Shown here: piece by piece, positions 43,501 to 56,095 of the stretch | Position numbering within the stretch: the stretch's first letter is position 1 | Layout of the letters: each line of letters starts with the position of its first letter | Assembly (NCBI GenBank): GCA_964016885.1 | Contig: OZ024742.1 | Location: 80,042,001-80,106,000 of the forward strand | Length of the DNA: 64,000 nt | Direction of reading: 5' to 3' | From: Eledone cirrhosa | Lineage: Eukaryota | Position numbers and translations under genes: made by a program | The notes under the pieces: generated by a model | The model's input: only the letters and a program-made list of their open reading frames with translations | Told to the model about the DNA's origin: nothing | The model's database searches: none

Positions 43501-44210
43501 CCCTCAGAACGAAGTGGGTGAAACAACAAATTGATAAGGAGGAGGCTAGCTCACTGTGTAAGATCTGTGGAGAGAGAGAGAAGAGATTGTGGCTCACATT
43601 GTATCCGAGTGTAAACACCTTGCCCAGACTCACTATAAAGGGTGGAGACATAATATGATAGGCATGGTGATTCACTGGCATCTATGCAAAGTAAACAATG
43701 TATCGCATTCTCAAAGTTGGTATGAGCATAAGCCAGAGTCGGTGATAGAAAACGATCAAGTGAATGTGCTATGGGATTTTAGGATGCAGACGAACAAGAA
43801 ATTAGAACACAATAGCCCTGACCTGGTGGTTTTTGACAAGGAAAAAAGAACGTGCCTGATTGTAGATGTGTCCTGCCCATTTGACACGAGAGTGCAAGAA
43901 AAGGAGAGGGAGAAAATTAACCGATACCAGGATTTAAAGTGGGAGTTAAAAAGGATTTGGAACTGCCATGTTATCAAGGTCGACCCGATTCTAATAGGCG
44001 CACTAGTTACTATCTCAAAGAGTTTGCAAGGATGGTTAAAGAAAGATTAGTCTAGCCCCGTTTTTTGGAACACTTCAAAAGGTATGCTTGCTTGGAACAG
44101 CAATAAACCTCCTATACGTCCTGAATATCTGAGGCCGCAGGAGGCGGCTTCATATTTATTTCAACAAACTTTCCACTTAAATAACATCAATGACTGAGAC
44201 TGAAAGAACA
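40520..44210 (+). mobile_element. Approximately full-length, decayed Dong/R4-clade LINE
   Basis: Single fragmented ORF with RT, CCHC and RLE domains; 3' UTR matches 39277-39355; TAA repeats at both ends. Confidence 0.9.
40860..44132 (+). pseudogene. Dong/R4 RT-CCHC-RLE polyprotein (many stops and frameshifts)
   Basis: NWKSPGP.GLQGYWIK, EQKGCR..SRGTKDQLLID, IDYKKAFD.VPH, GIFQGDSLSP, HLLFMEDLKL, CKICG...HIVSEC, PDLVV.D. Confidence 0.9.
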
Positions 44211-44741
44211 ATAATAATCATGATAATAATATGGGCGAGGTGTCAAATGTTCATTACGTTTATTGAGGTATGCCGTGCGTTTCGCGATTGATCAATCGGG
44301 CCCGACCACGGAATCAAAAGCCCGTCAGAGTTCTCTTAGCGCAATACGGAATGATTCCCGTAGAGCGTTAAGAAATTATAAATCTACTCTCATTGATTTG
44401 TGGTGGTCAATATTACATTGTTTTGATTGGTAGTTTTGTCAGGGAAAATTGTGTGAGGATGTGGGGGAGCGGGGAGCGAATGAATAGAGAGAAGAACGGA
44501 TTGAGAAGACCTAATCGCTATAGAATAGAATACGTCACGTCAAAATGTTTATTATAAACATACAGAATATTTTCGAATATTCTATGTCTATCTTCACATA
44601 TATATCGCTATTTCAGAGCATTTAATCCAATTTCTAATTTCTGCCGGACCGGCAACCGCTCTTTCAAACCAGTTCCTGTACACAGCTAAGTATTCTATAA
44701 GTCTCTAGCTGTGTCATTCTCGATAAAAGCACTGGATATGT

Positions 44742-44780
44742 AATCCTGAAGATTTCTAATAAGAATGAAACGCGTAGGTT
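44742..44780 (+). ncRNA. Minimal hammerhead ribozyme, monomer 1
   Basis: AATC-CTGAAGA-t-TTCT aata AGAA-t-GAAA-CGCG-TA-GGTT; GUA cleavage triplet, palindromic ACGCGT stem III. Confidence 0.85.
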
Positions 44781-45051
44781 ACTTCCCTTGCTTTTGTCGA
44801 GAATCTAATTGTAATACGTGACGTATTCTATTCTATAGCGATTAGGTCTTCAAAATGTTTATTATAAACATACAGAATATTTTCGAATATTCTATGTCTA
44901 TCTTCACATATATATCGCTATTTCAGAGCATTTAATCCAATTTCTAATTTCTGCCGGACCGGCAACCGCTCTTTCAAACCAGTTCCTGTACACAGCTAAG
45001 TATTCTATAAGTCTCTAGCTGTGTCATTCTCGATAAAAGCACTGGATATGT

Positions 45052-45090
45052 AATCCTGAAGATTTCTAATAAGAATGAAACGCGTAGGTT
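45052..45090 (+). ncRNA. Minimal hammerhead ribozyme, monomer 2
   Basis: Identical to 44742-44780, 310 bp downstream. Confidence 0.85.
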
Positions 45091-45410
45091 CTTCCCTTGC
45101 TTTTGTCGAGAATCTAATTGTAATACGTGACGTATTCTATTCTATAGCGATTAGGTCTTCAAAATGTTTATTATAAACATACAGAATATTTTCGAATATT
45201 CTATGTCTATCTTCACATATATATATATATTTATGTGTGTGTGTGCTTGTATGTATGAACGAATGTAAAGGGAAAACATACATGTATATGTAATATACGC
45301 AAATATATATATATATAAGTGGAAGGGATATTTAATTTGTTCGAAATTCAACAAATATATATGTTTATAACTGATTCAGAGCACTCGACAGTATTTGTGG
45401 AGTAAATATT

Positions 45411-45609
45411 CAATGATATTAAATAAATGGAAACTATATTTATAAAACCATATTTATTCTTGGCTATGTCAACATTTATAAAACACTCTTTGTCTGATGA
45501 AACACATTTTAACTGCTGAAAGTGTACCAACGTTTTTGGTACCCTTGAAATTTATACAATAGAATAAATATGGTTTTATAAATATAGTTTCCATTTATTT
45601 AATATCATT
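45411..45609 (+). mobile_element. Fold-back element, family B, with hammerhead-like core
   Basis: About 48-bp inverted arms; ttg-t-CTGATGA (45494)...GAAATTTATA-caa (45547). Confidence 0.7.
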
Positions 45610-45667
45610 GTATATATATATATATTTATATATATGCATATATATCTACATTTATGTTGGCCCTTTA

Positions 45668-45724
<57 letters not shown>

Positions 45725-46136
45725 ACATATATATATATATGGGAACAAGTTGCTTTGTAATATGAATCTGACTCAATCAATGATGACTTTTTTAGGCATA
45801 TTGATAATTTAAACTTGTATGTATCTAATCGTTTGCAAATACTCCATAATTACAAAAAAGGTTTCCGTATAGTTTAACACCGTCGAAAGAACCAATAATT
45901 CTATTTTCATGTGGTTAAATATATCCAAATAATCTCATATATAATTCTGTACAGTTTGAAAAAGTTTAATAGAATATTTTTTTAGTCCGCTCTTAATTTA
46001 CATGCAGTGCATGGTGGTGGTAACTGAATTTATTTGGTTTTCGAATCTTTAGAAGCAATACTTATCAGTTTGCATTTATGTATTTTCTGTGAGCGATAGA
46101 TAATTCTCGTCTTGTATTTGAAGGGGTGAAGAAATA

Positions 46137-46320
46137 ATTGTTTCTTCTTTTGGTACAAGGCCAGCAATTATCCAGTACATTACTGGTACTTTATTTTATC
46201 GAACCCGTAAGGATGAAAGGTAAAGTTAACCTCGACGGGATTTGAACTCATACCGTTTAAGGGACGTAACTGTGCTAGAAAGCATGGCGTCCAACCCTCT
46301 ACCGATACTGCTAATCACCC
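46137..46320 (-). mobile_element. SINE copy
   Basis: Reverse-complement match to the family consensus. Confidence 0.9.
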
Positions 46321-49175
46321 TACTCAGTTTCTAATACAATGTTTTGTCTTCTCCTGATTTTAATCCTTATTTTGATAAAGTTTCTGGGATTTTGTTTGTA
46401 TTTGATCAATGTTATATTTATAGTTTCAACCAAAATCCAGAGTGTTAAATCTATTACCTTCTTAATCAGCGTATTTCATTCGGTATCGGTCAACATTTCT
46501 CCGTGTCTTGAATGAATGTACCTCCTGCCTAACGTATAGAGCATTGTTGCTGCACTAACCTAGTTCTTGTGGTGAAAACTGTTAATGATTATTTGTTTCA
46601 GAAACCTAAACATCTTTGTTTAGACTGCTATGGGTTAAATAGAAATAATCCACAATCCTTCAGATGTGTCATATATATACGTGACTTTTTATTCCGTTTT
46701 AAGCTTAATTGGATTACTCCGCAACATCCAAATCGTCTTCGCATATTTGTTGCTTTGAGTGAAGGTATATTCTCTCCAGCCTAGCTATTTACCCACGTTT
46801 CTGACTAAAATGTCAAGATGTTCTTCAATAGAGCTTATAATTACTAAAATAAAATTCAAAATATTATTTTATATTATAATAATATTATGTCATGCGTAAA
46901 ATGACTCAAATATCACCTTTGAAATATCTCTCTTCGTTTTTGTCTCAAAAGAATTCTGTTTCAATCTTAATGATGTAAACAGTGTGAAGTCGTTTGACTG
47001 GAGGTACGTTTATACAATCGTTGATTAGATGAAGATAGAAAACATAATTAAATTAATTTTTGAGTTTTATAAGAATACGCGGAATTGGTAGGCGGTGGGT
47101 ACATGTGGTGACTGAAATATATGAACTTGATTTATTTCGCGAGGGAAATATTTATATATATTTAGCGAGAAAAAGTGTAGAATTGTTAAACATTATGTAA
47201 GAAATTACATCTAGGAAGACATACAGCAAACAATAACTGGAAATTCATTAAAATAATAAATGAGAAAATAGAAACATATAATTATATCTTTGAAATAGTT
47301 TGTCGATGTTTTTTTAATAAAGCATGTTATATTATTCAGGTTGCGTTTCCATTCATTTAGTTGGTATTCACCCCTTGGAAAAATAAACAAGTACGACATT
47401 TTATGAATTTTTGCGGAGAGTAATGTGGAATGTTGAGTGTCTCATTCTTCCCTTCTTTTTGCCAGTGTGCCTTTTTTCTTCGGAGTGCTTTGTAGGTTTA
47501 AATGAAATGAAGTGAAACCATTGTGTTGTTACATAATTTCACAACATCATCCGTCTTCAGTATTCATTAACAGCTGCAAATCCCAGTTAACTTAAAGTAT
47601 TAAATTAACACTTAAAACATTAAATATAATATTCTATTTGTGTTCAATCTATTTGAAAAGTGAAGAATTTAATTCAAATAGAAATTGAAAGAAATATATA
47701 TATTGGAAAATTCAATGTTAAACAGAAATATAACACTAACAACGTGGCTTGGAATGAACTAACCCTATATAGGTTGTTTATATGCAATGATTTCTTTAAT
47801 GGAAACTAATGTATAGATTCTGAACATTTTAGATGGTCTTATATAAAGGAGTAAATAATTACAAGAATAAAAATAAACGTAAAACAATAAATTATTTCTG
47901 AGGTTTTTCTATTCAAATTTCCGCAGGCATTTTTATTGTTGTATTTACACGATTAGATTTGTTATATATAATAACAGCTAATAAAACAAGACAAAAGTCT
48001 TTTTGAATAACTGGCATATACACATAACTGGAAGCTTATGTTTGTGCATAATTTATTACATTTCCTGATATATTTATAATTTATTTTTATAGCTATTAAT
48101 AAACATCAGATAATATTCTATTGTATTTTTGGCGTGATAAGACAAAAGAAAGGAAAAAAAATTCGTTTGAAAATATTCCAGAATATGTGAGTACACATAA
48201 GTAAGCAAAGGACTATAAATAAAGTAGTAAGTTGGCAGCATCTGAATGCCGACTTTGGTAACAATAAGACATTTTAAAATAAGTAGTATATGGATAAACA
48301 CAATACACATAGTTATATTTTTCCTGATCATATATTAATTATTGCATGAATATCTCTCATGGGAAATGCTTGACCAAATATATATTTCGACTTCAGAAGT
48401 ACTGAATGCCATACACATATAAAAGAAAATTGATTCTATCCTTGTTCATAGTTATAGAAGTATCTGAAATAAATATAACTGAATTTAATAAATGCAGTAT
48501 AGCTCAAAAGTTTAACTACACGCGTGGTATGTACCATAATTCATGAGTCTGTTAGAGAACCGCCTAAGGCTTTGAAATCATATAATTGATATCATTTAAT
48601 TAGATATAGTGAATCCGATACGTCTGCAGGCTCTGCCTCGAGAATGTTTTTGGTGTCAGATAACTAAGTAAAATAAAAAAATTAACAAAATATTATCCCC
48701 GTGAATGTAACACACTACGGCTGCTTACACAGGTAATCGTTTCCATGTCATATGTTATAGTTAATTGGAATATAAATATTTAGAGTTATGTGTTTTAGTT
48801 TTGACATAGCACTGGTATCACAAACGCATGAGGGTGAGTTGACAGGTTCTTACGCTATGAAGGAATCATGCCGAAGCTGTGAAGTATTGCATGCATTAAT
48901 TTCAACTGTGATTGCTAACTGCATTGTTTCCTTCGATGGACTATGTCGAAAAATAAAATTCATTTGGTAAATCCATGAGAGTATCTTGTTCAGTCTAAGA
49001 AGCTTTCAGTATATAAACTTTTCAGTCGACACTCGTATATAAAATCCTATGTAGAAAGTTCTACCTTGTTAAAATGCTAACCAAATCCCGAATACCTTTC
49101 ACACTACAATCTTCAATAATACCATTGATTGACCAGCGGATAAAAATACAGATATATATATATATATATATATAT

Positions 49176-49372
49176 ATAGGAACCAGTAAGACCCCGACAG
49201 CTGAGCTCAAGCCGTTTCGACGGCTAATTCTGGACGTCCAGAATTAGCCGTCGAAACGGCTTGAGCTCAGCTGTCGGGGTCTTACTGGTTCCTATTACCC
49301 ACTCTACTACCTCAAGTATTGAGTACTTTGGTGCGTTATGGTCCACCTGGTTCCTTACCACATTTCCTTCGT

Positions 49373-49373
<1 letters not shown>
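49176..49373 (+). mobile_element. Fold-back element, family A, with a perfect 120-bp palindrome
   Basis: 49176-49295 is a spacerless palindrome centred at 49235/49236; GAAACGGCT-tgagctc-AGCTGTC; (TA)n flanks. Confidence 0.85.
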
Positions 49374-49428
<55 letters not shown>

Positions 49429-49559
49429 ATCTATCAAAGTTCTTTCGTTGCACATTTGCAACATCATCAGTGGCGCTATTATGTTTCCTCCCATTGTATT
49501 GTTTTATAAGGTTATGTCTTCGGCATTTTTTACAATATAATGGGAGGAAGCATAAAAGT

Positions 49560-49601
49560 ACCACTGATGATGTTGCAGATGTGCAACGAAAGAACTTTGA
49601 T
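49560..49601 (+). ncRNA. Hammerhead ribozyme in a fold-back insert (49426-49607; mirror at 49433-49473)
   Basis: cca-CTGATGA-t-GTTGCA gatg TGCAAC-GAAA-GAAC-TT-tga; same GAAC-TT stem III as the Penelope ribozyme at 29628. Confidence 0.75.
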
Positions 49602-49782
49602 AGACTATATATATATTTATATCTGTATTTTCAACCGCTGGTCAATTAATAATAAACATTGATTGCCAAATAAATTAACTATGGCGATATAGAACATATA
49701 GAATAAAAACCAACCAAAACGTGAGTGTGTTCTGTTATTATTTCTCGCAATATTGCAACAATATGACCCTCCCCAAGTATAA

Positions 49783-49911
<129 letters not shown>

Positions 49912-49946
49912 CATACACACCTTTTGAACTCTCACCTCAAGAAGGG

Positions 49947-49986
<40 letters not shown>

Positions 49987-50003
49987 CACACCTTTTGAAC
50001 TCT

Positions 50004-50037
50004 CACCTGAAGAAGGGCTTATGCCCGAAACGTCGTC
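50004..50037 (+). ncRNA. Minimal hammerhead in a ~140-bp insert (49986-50125) between (TA)n runs
   Basis: cac-CTGAAGA-a-GGGC ttat GCCC-GAAA-CG-TC-gt; GUC triplet; stem I only 2 bp; aataaa downstream. Confidence 0.7.
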
Positions 50038-50141
50038 CCCCACCTACCCCCCACTCTCCTGAGCGTGAATTTAATAAACATTTGTCGTACTGCCTCTCTG
50101 TTCTGTCCCTGTTCAATTTTTCATTATATATATATATATAT

Positions 50142-50282
<141 letters not shown>

Positions 50283-50477
50283 GATAGAGAGATCGTGAGA
50301 TAGAGAGAGAGAGAGAGGAGAGAGAGATAGAGAGAAAGTGAAGTTGGAAATACCACGGAAAATATTTTCATCAAAAATGAGAGGGACAATTATACACCAC
50401 CTTCACCACTAATTGATTTGACAGATGTCTTTAACCCATTAGTAACAAACATTATTTATACTTTCTCTACGGCCCTT

Positions 50478-50600
50478 GTGATTCTGAGTTCAAATCCCGC
50501 CGAGGTTAACTTTGCCTTTCATCCTTACGGCGTCGATAAGATAAAGTACTGGGTAATGTACTGGGTAATTGCTGGCCTTGTGCCAATATTAGAAATAATT
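50478..50600 (+). mobile_element. 5'-truncated SINE
   Basis: attctgagttcaaatcccgccgaggttaactttgcctttcatcc...gtgccaatattagaaat. Confidence 0.88.
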
Positions 50601-50913
50601 ATTCATTCTTTCTCTTCAGGTATTCTTGGAAAGCTAAGCATTGTCCTCTGAAATGCTACAGTGGGCCCTGCAATGTTACTGTGGGCTCCCGCTATGCTAC
50701 CATAGGCCATCTGGGACCCACTTGCCATTGGGCAACCTGGCAACTTGGCCAGTCCACCACTGTATATATATATATAATTTGTTTGTTAAAATTATCAAAT
50801 TAAATATTAATTCAACAGTCAAACACATACAAATAATAACGTTATTACCAAAATGCAAGAATATTGACAATTCGACCCTAAATATAACTCATATCTCTAG
50901 GAAAGCCATTAAC

Positions 50914-51269
50914 GACACCACATCTTTTTAACTGTTGATTTTGAAAGTAGGTTTATAATTATAAATGTTTATTACACTTTTGTAGCTGTCTCGGGGCCTA
51001 GTTGGAGGAATTCTAGACGGTGCTGACCATGGTCTGAAGCTCGATCCTGGTAGGGTCCCCGGTAAAGCTTTTTGTTTTTTTCTTTGGGATGTAAAATAAA
51101 AACTGAACAAAACTCCATGTACCTCTCGACTAGGATTGAACCCAAGGACAAGATCTTGACTGTCTCTTGCACCTACCAGTAGGCCACTACGACAGCTACA
51201 AAAAATCTACTGAAAATTGATGCTTATAAATCTACTTTCAAAATGTTCAATACAAAATGATGTGGTGTC
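50914..51269. repeat. Diverged inverted repeat whose inner arms are tRNA-like
   Basis: gacaccacatc...ttttgtagctgtc / gacagctacaaaa...gatgtggtgtc; the right arm (minus strand) has TGGCCTACTGG and GGTTCAATCC. Confidence 0.6.
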
Positions 51270-51536
51270 TCTCTTAATGTTATTGCTCCTACTTATTTGC
51301 GACTTTTAATTCATTTGTGTTTTCCATAAACTTCATACTCGTTTTGTTTCTCATCTAACCAGACTATATTATAAGCTATAATCCATGTTTCATTTCTGTT
51401 GCACCTCATTTCTCCCCCTCTCACTTTTGCTCTCTGTGATATTTGAATCTACTCTGATTTGGGCTTACCTTATTTATATATATATATGTGTATGTTTTTT
51501 GCATATCAGTTAAATTCAAACTTACAATGATTGGCA

Positions 51537-51592
<56 letters not shown>

Positions 51593-51734
51593 TGGCGAAC
51601 TCGGTCTAAATAATTGGTTGTCAGGAGATGAAGAGCTCCACTTAGATATAGAATGGTATCATTTAATTTTTATAATGAATAAATAACATTTTCAAAAAAT
51701 ACATAGGTGGAAATAAAACAGTGGAATAAAATTA

Positions 51735-52003
51735 TATACATATAATATAAAACGAAAAATCAGTGATGCATCTGAACTCAATTTATTGTGTGTTCCAATT
51801 GTTTCGCCGCAGGTCCTAGAATCAGACATACCCACACAATGGTCGTGTCTCGAGCTGTCCGCCGGCGAAACAATTGTAATACACAGTCCAGAGTCAGGCA
51901 GATCCACACAATGATCACGTCTAGAGCTGTCCGCTGGTGAAACAATTGTAACACACAATAAATTGAGTTCAGCTGCATCACTGATTTTTCGTTTTATATT
52001 ATA
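51735..52003 (+). mobile_element. Fold-back element, family C, with a 72-bp internal tandem duplication
   Basis: 51735-51810 is the reverse complement of 51935-52003; GAAACAATTGTA at 51867 and 51939. Confidence 0.75.
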
Positions 52004-52073
52004 TCATACTCTGCTCTGTAAGAGCATAGAGTGCTCAACCGGTATACCGCTTTGGGAGCATCTTAGCTACCAT

Positions 52074-52110
<37 letters not shown>

Positions 52111-52132
52111 ACACACACACACACACACACAC

Positions 52133-52190
<58 letters not shown>

Positions 52191-52357
52191 CATGTTTTCA
52201 ACTTGTAAAAAATTCGGTAGGGATCTAATTGATAATTTATTTATTTATTAATTTATTTACATATGTGTGCGTGTGTGTGTATTTATATATATATATATAT
52301 ATATATACACATTTATATATGTATATATATTTACATATATATATATATGTATGTGAC

Positions 52358-52420
<63 letters not shown>

Positions 52421-52516
52421 CACCTTCCGCACTAATTGATTTGACAGATGTTTTTAACCTATTGATACCAAACATTATTTGGTCAGTAGTTCGTGTATAT
52501 ATATATATATATATAT

Positions 52517-52868
52517 ATAAAGAAAAAGAGATGAAATCGAAAATGCAACTGGAGTCTTATTTTTAAAAAAAATATATATATTTATTTGGTTCCTTTACCA
52601 GTTTCGCAGTTCTTCTGCTTTTCAAAAGGTGAGTTGAGATGGAGGGTCTGTGGTTTTTCTCACATCTGCGAAAAACCACAGACCCTCCATCTCAACTCAC
52701 CTTTTGAAAAGCAGAAGAACTGCGAAACCGGTAAAGGAACCAAATAAATATATATATTTAAAAAAAAAATAAGACTCTAGTTGCATTTTCGATTTCATCT
52801 CTTTTTCTTTATACTTTCACTCGTGTAGGACACCTCGGTTATTTTTCATTCTGTAAAAAAAACCTCAC

Positions 52869-52874
<6 letters not shown>
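52517..52874 (+). mobile_element. Solo 3' end of the 34675-37341 Penelope family with a ~145-bp inverted head
   Basis: 52670-52874 matches 37135-37341; 52517-52660 is its mirror; (TA)n flanks. Confidence 0.88.
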
Positions 52875-52921
<47 letters not shown>

Positions 52922-53016
52922 GAAACACACAGATACATGCGGATATATATATATATATATATTTGCTTGTGTGTGTGTATATATATGTATGTAGCATGCA
53001 CGCATAAATACACTAA

Positions 53017-53595
53017 GCTTCAGATTTAGTAGATTGTACAACCACTGATTCCAGCTGTTTGCAATATCATATATTTTGGTTTCTATTATTTCCTTGCGGG
53101 ATTGGTTAACCAAATGCTTTGCTTAAATGTTTTATTTATTTTTTCTTTTAAATATTCTATCCCTTAGACTTCAAGTATTTTTTTAGATCAAAGCATCGAC
53201 CCCTAAAATACTACAGTATGCCCTGCAACGCTACTGTGGGACTCTGTAATTCTACCATGGGTCCCCTATGGTCCACTTTCCATTGGGCAACCTGGCAACC
53301 TGGCCAGTCCATCTCTGTATATATATATACAGTGATGGACTGGCCAGGTTGCAGGGCACAATGTAGTATTTTAGGGGTCGGGGGTCGATGCTTTGATTTA
53401 AAAAAATACCTGAAGTCTAAGGGATAGAATATTTAAAAAGAAAAAAATAAATAAAACAATTAAGCAAAGCATTTGGTTAACCAATCCCGCATGGAAATAA
53501 TAGAAACCAAAATATACGATAGTGCAAACAGCTGGAATCAGTGGTTGTACAATCTACTAAATCTCAAGTGGTTGTACGATCTACTAAATCTGAAG

Positions 53596-53596
<1 letters not shown>
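53017..53596. repeat. ~580-bp imperfect palindrome centred on (TA)6 between two CAG-starting termini
   Basis: ggccagtccatctctg-(TA)6-cagtgatggactggcc; outer arms match over about 190 bp; related terminus at 50650-50762. Confidence 0.75.
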
Positions 53597-53651
<55 letters not shown>

Positions 53652-54940
53652 ATATATATATATATGTGGATGTTTGTGTGTGTATGTGTGTTTGTGTGTG
53701 TGTCTATGTGTGTGTGTGTGTGTGTATGAGAGAGTGTGTGTATATGTTTGTATGTATGTATGAATGCTTGTGTAGAAAAATGTAAAGAGGGACACGAACA
53801 TTTTGTGGGGGATGGGTATGAATGAGAATTTAAAATATAGTAAAAAGAGTAAATAGAATGTCCAGGACTAAACTATCAATAAGTGTATTCAATAGGTATC
53901 GTATTTGTATTTTCAAGTAGACAATGAAAGAAAGAGAATTTGTGGGTTTCCATCTATAGAGTAATAGAAAATATGTGTATCGTATGGAAAGGGGAATCGT
54001 GTGATACCTTAAATAATGTATATGTCTGTCGTATGGAATAAGGAAACGCGTGACACCGTAAATAAAGAATATGTATGTCGTATAGAATAAGGAAACATGT
54101 GATACCGTGCAATCAGTAACGAATGGTTTGTTTGGAATTGGCATTCTCTGTTACAAAATGGCGAATAGAAAATCAAATCACACCATTCCAGTTGGTTTTC
54201 TCCCAAGATAAATCTTTTAAACTTTAAGGAAGTAAAGCTGACATGAATTTTCGGAGACAGTTATTGGATATTTCGAATTTGGTGTGACTGTTGCTAGTAT
54301 ATATATGTTTAAATTATTTTTTAATTTTTAATTTTGTTTTAAACATCTATTACGTTATTTGTTGATGTGTATATTGATTATTTATCTTACTTTATTGTTA
54401 TTTTGATGGTATTTTCTTTTCATTATTTTACTATTTTATTCGTTACTTTTTTATTTGGCAGTTTCTCAGAAAAGCGATGTTGCAGTTCCCTTAAGCCTTC
54501 TGTTATGACACGAACATTGCTTGATTGTATTTGGTTCGGGGAATCATTTTTTTTTTTTTGTAAATATTCATTTATTATTGCAGTATTCCATCTGCAGTTG
54601 CGTGAAGATAAAAACAAACTAACATAAGGGATTGAATGAATACATTTCTAAAAAAACACAAGCATAAACAAATGAATGTAAACGAAGCCAAGCCGTATGA
54701 GAGATTTCATCACTTGTAAGAATTGTTGAACATTTTCTCTATTTTAGATGTTGCATTATATCAAAAATTATTTTCAATATTGTGTGCCCAGTAAAAGAGG
54801 TCATCATCAGCGTCTTCATCATCGACTGTTTCTTTAATTTTTTTCAAAGTCTCCCTTTCATTCTACGCATTCACACACACGCACAGTCACATTTTCACAT
54901 ACTTACACACACATATACATAAAATATATGAACATATATG

Positions 54941-55023
<83 letters not shown>

Positions 55024-56053
55024 CTCTCCTTCTATACTTCAATGTTTTTGTGTCTTTTATTCATATTCCCCTTGCGCTTTGATTTTGATTTTCTATCTAT
55101 CTCTTTCTCACACACACTCTATCTTGATCCATTCTTCTATATATCAATTTAACCTCTCTTAGGTCCTAATTCGATTTTTGATTGTCACTTGTTCGCCTTT
55201 CATTTTGTTTTTCTCTTAGCTCTCATTTCAAAATCATTCTCTCCTTTCCTCTCTACTTCTCCTTCTCCCCCTATCATTTTCTTGATTTTTCTACACGATG
55301 TTTCCTCTTTCTCAACCAACGTTTCAATAATTCATTTATTCGAATTCTCATATTTTTTCTTATTTCTGTCTTATGTATTTCTTCTTGAACATTTGAATCC
55401 TTTTTTTTATGGAGAAATGTAGTTCCTTTTTTTCTGTCTTTATTCCTAGTAAACCTGCTCCAAATTCGATTGCACGATTTTATTTTATTTTATTTTTTAA
55501 TTCAAGCATTTTTACTCTTCCTCCTTCCTGCTCTTTAACGTATTGTCATCTTAATTTAATTTTCATTTTTCTATATTTCACACAGTTCATTTTGTCTTTA
55601 TTCCTGTCAAGTATAATGTCAAGTTTTTTGCTCCTCTTATTTCTTCACATCTTCTTTCTTCTCCTATATTTCTGTCTTTCTTTCACTACCTATATGTTTA
55701 GGTCCTTTCTTTTCCTGTAGATCATCCTAAGTTCTTCGTAACTAAATTTCGTTGTATGTTTCATTGTTCTGTTTTCGATATTCCCTTGCATCTTCCTTGC
55801 TATATAACTTCTTTTCTTCCAAGCTCCCCTTCCGCATTTCTTAAATTCCTATGTATTATATACTTCACCTGACTAATGTTTAATCATTTATCAAAGTTTG
55901 CAACTACTACCAAGTTACCAATTCCGTCAATTTGTATAACCTATGATACATATGTTAATCTATAGCTTAATGTATGACTACATTAATCGACTAATGAAAC
56001 GTTATGTTCTTCAATAAATGTACCTATGCATTCATAACCATCATAAACTGTTC

Positions 56054-56095
<42 letters not shown>

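Larger units (their letters stand above)
44505..45218 (+). mobile_element. Tandem 310-bp non-coding monomers (2.2 copies) with a short inverted head; retrozyme-like
   Basis: caaaatgttt at 44541, 44851 and 45160; monomers essentially identical; 44505-44539 is the reverse complement of the monomer end; runs into (TA)n. Confidence 0.88.
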
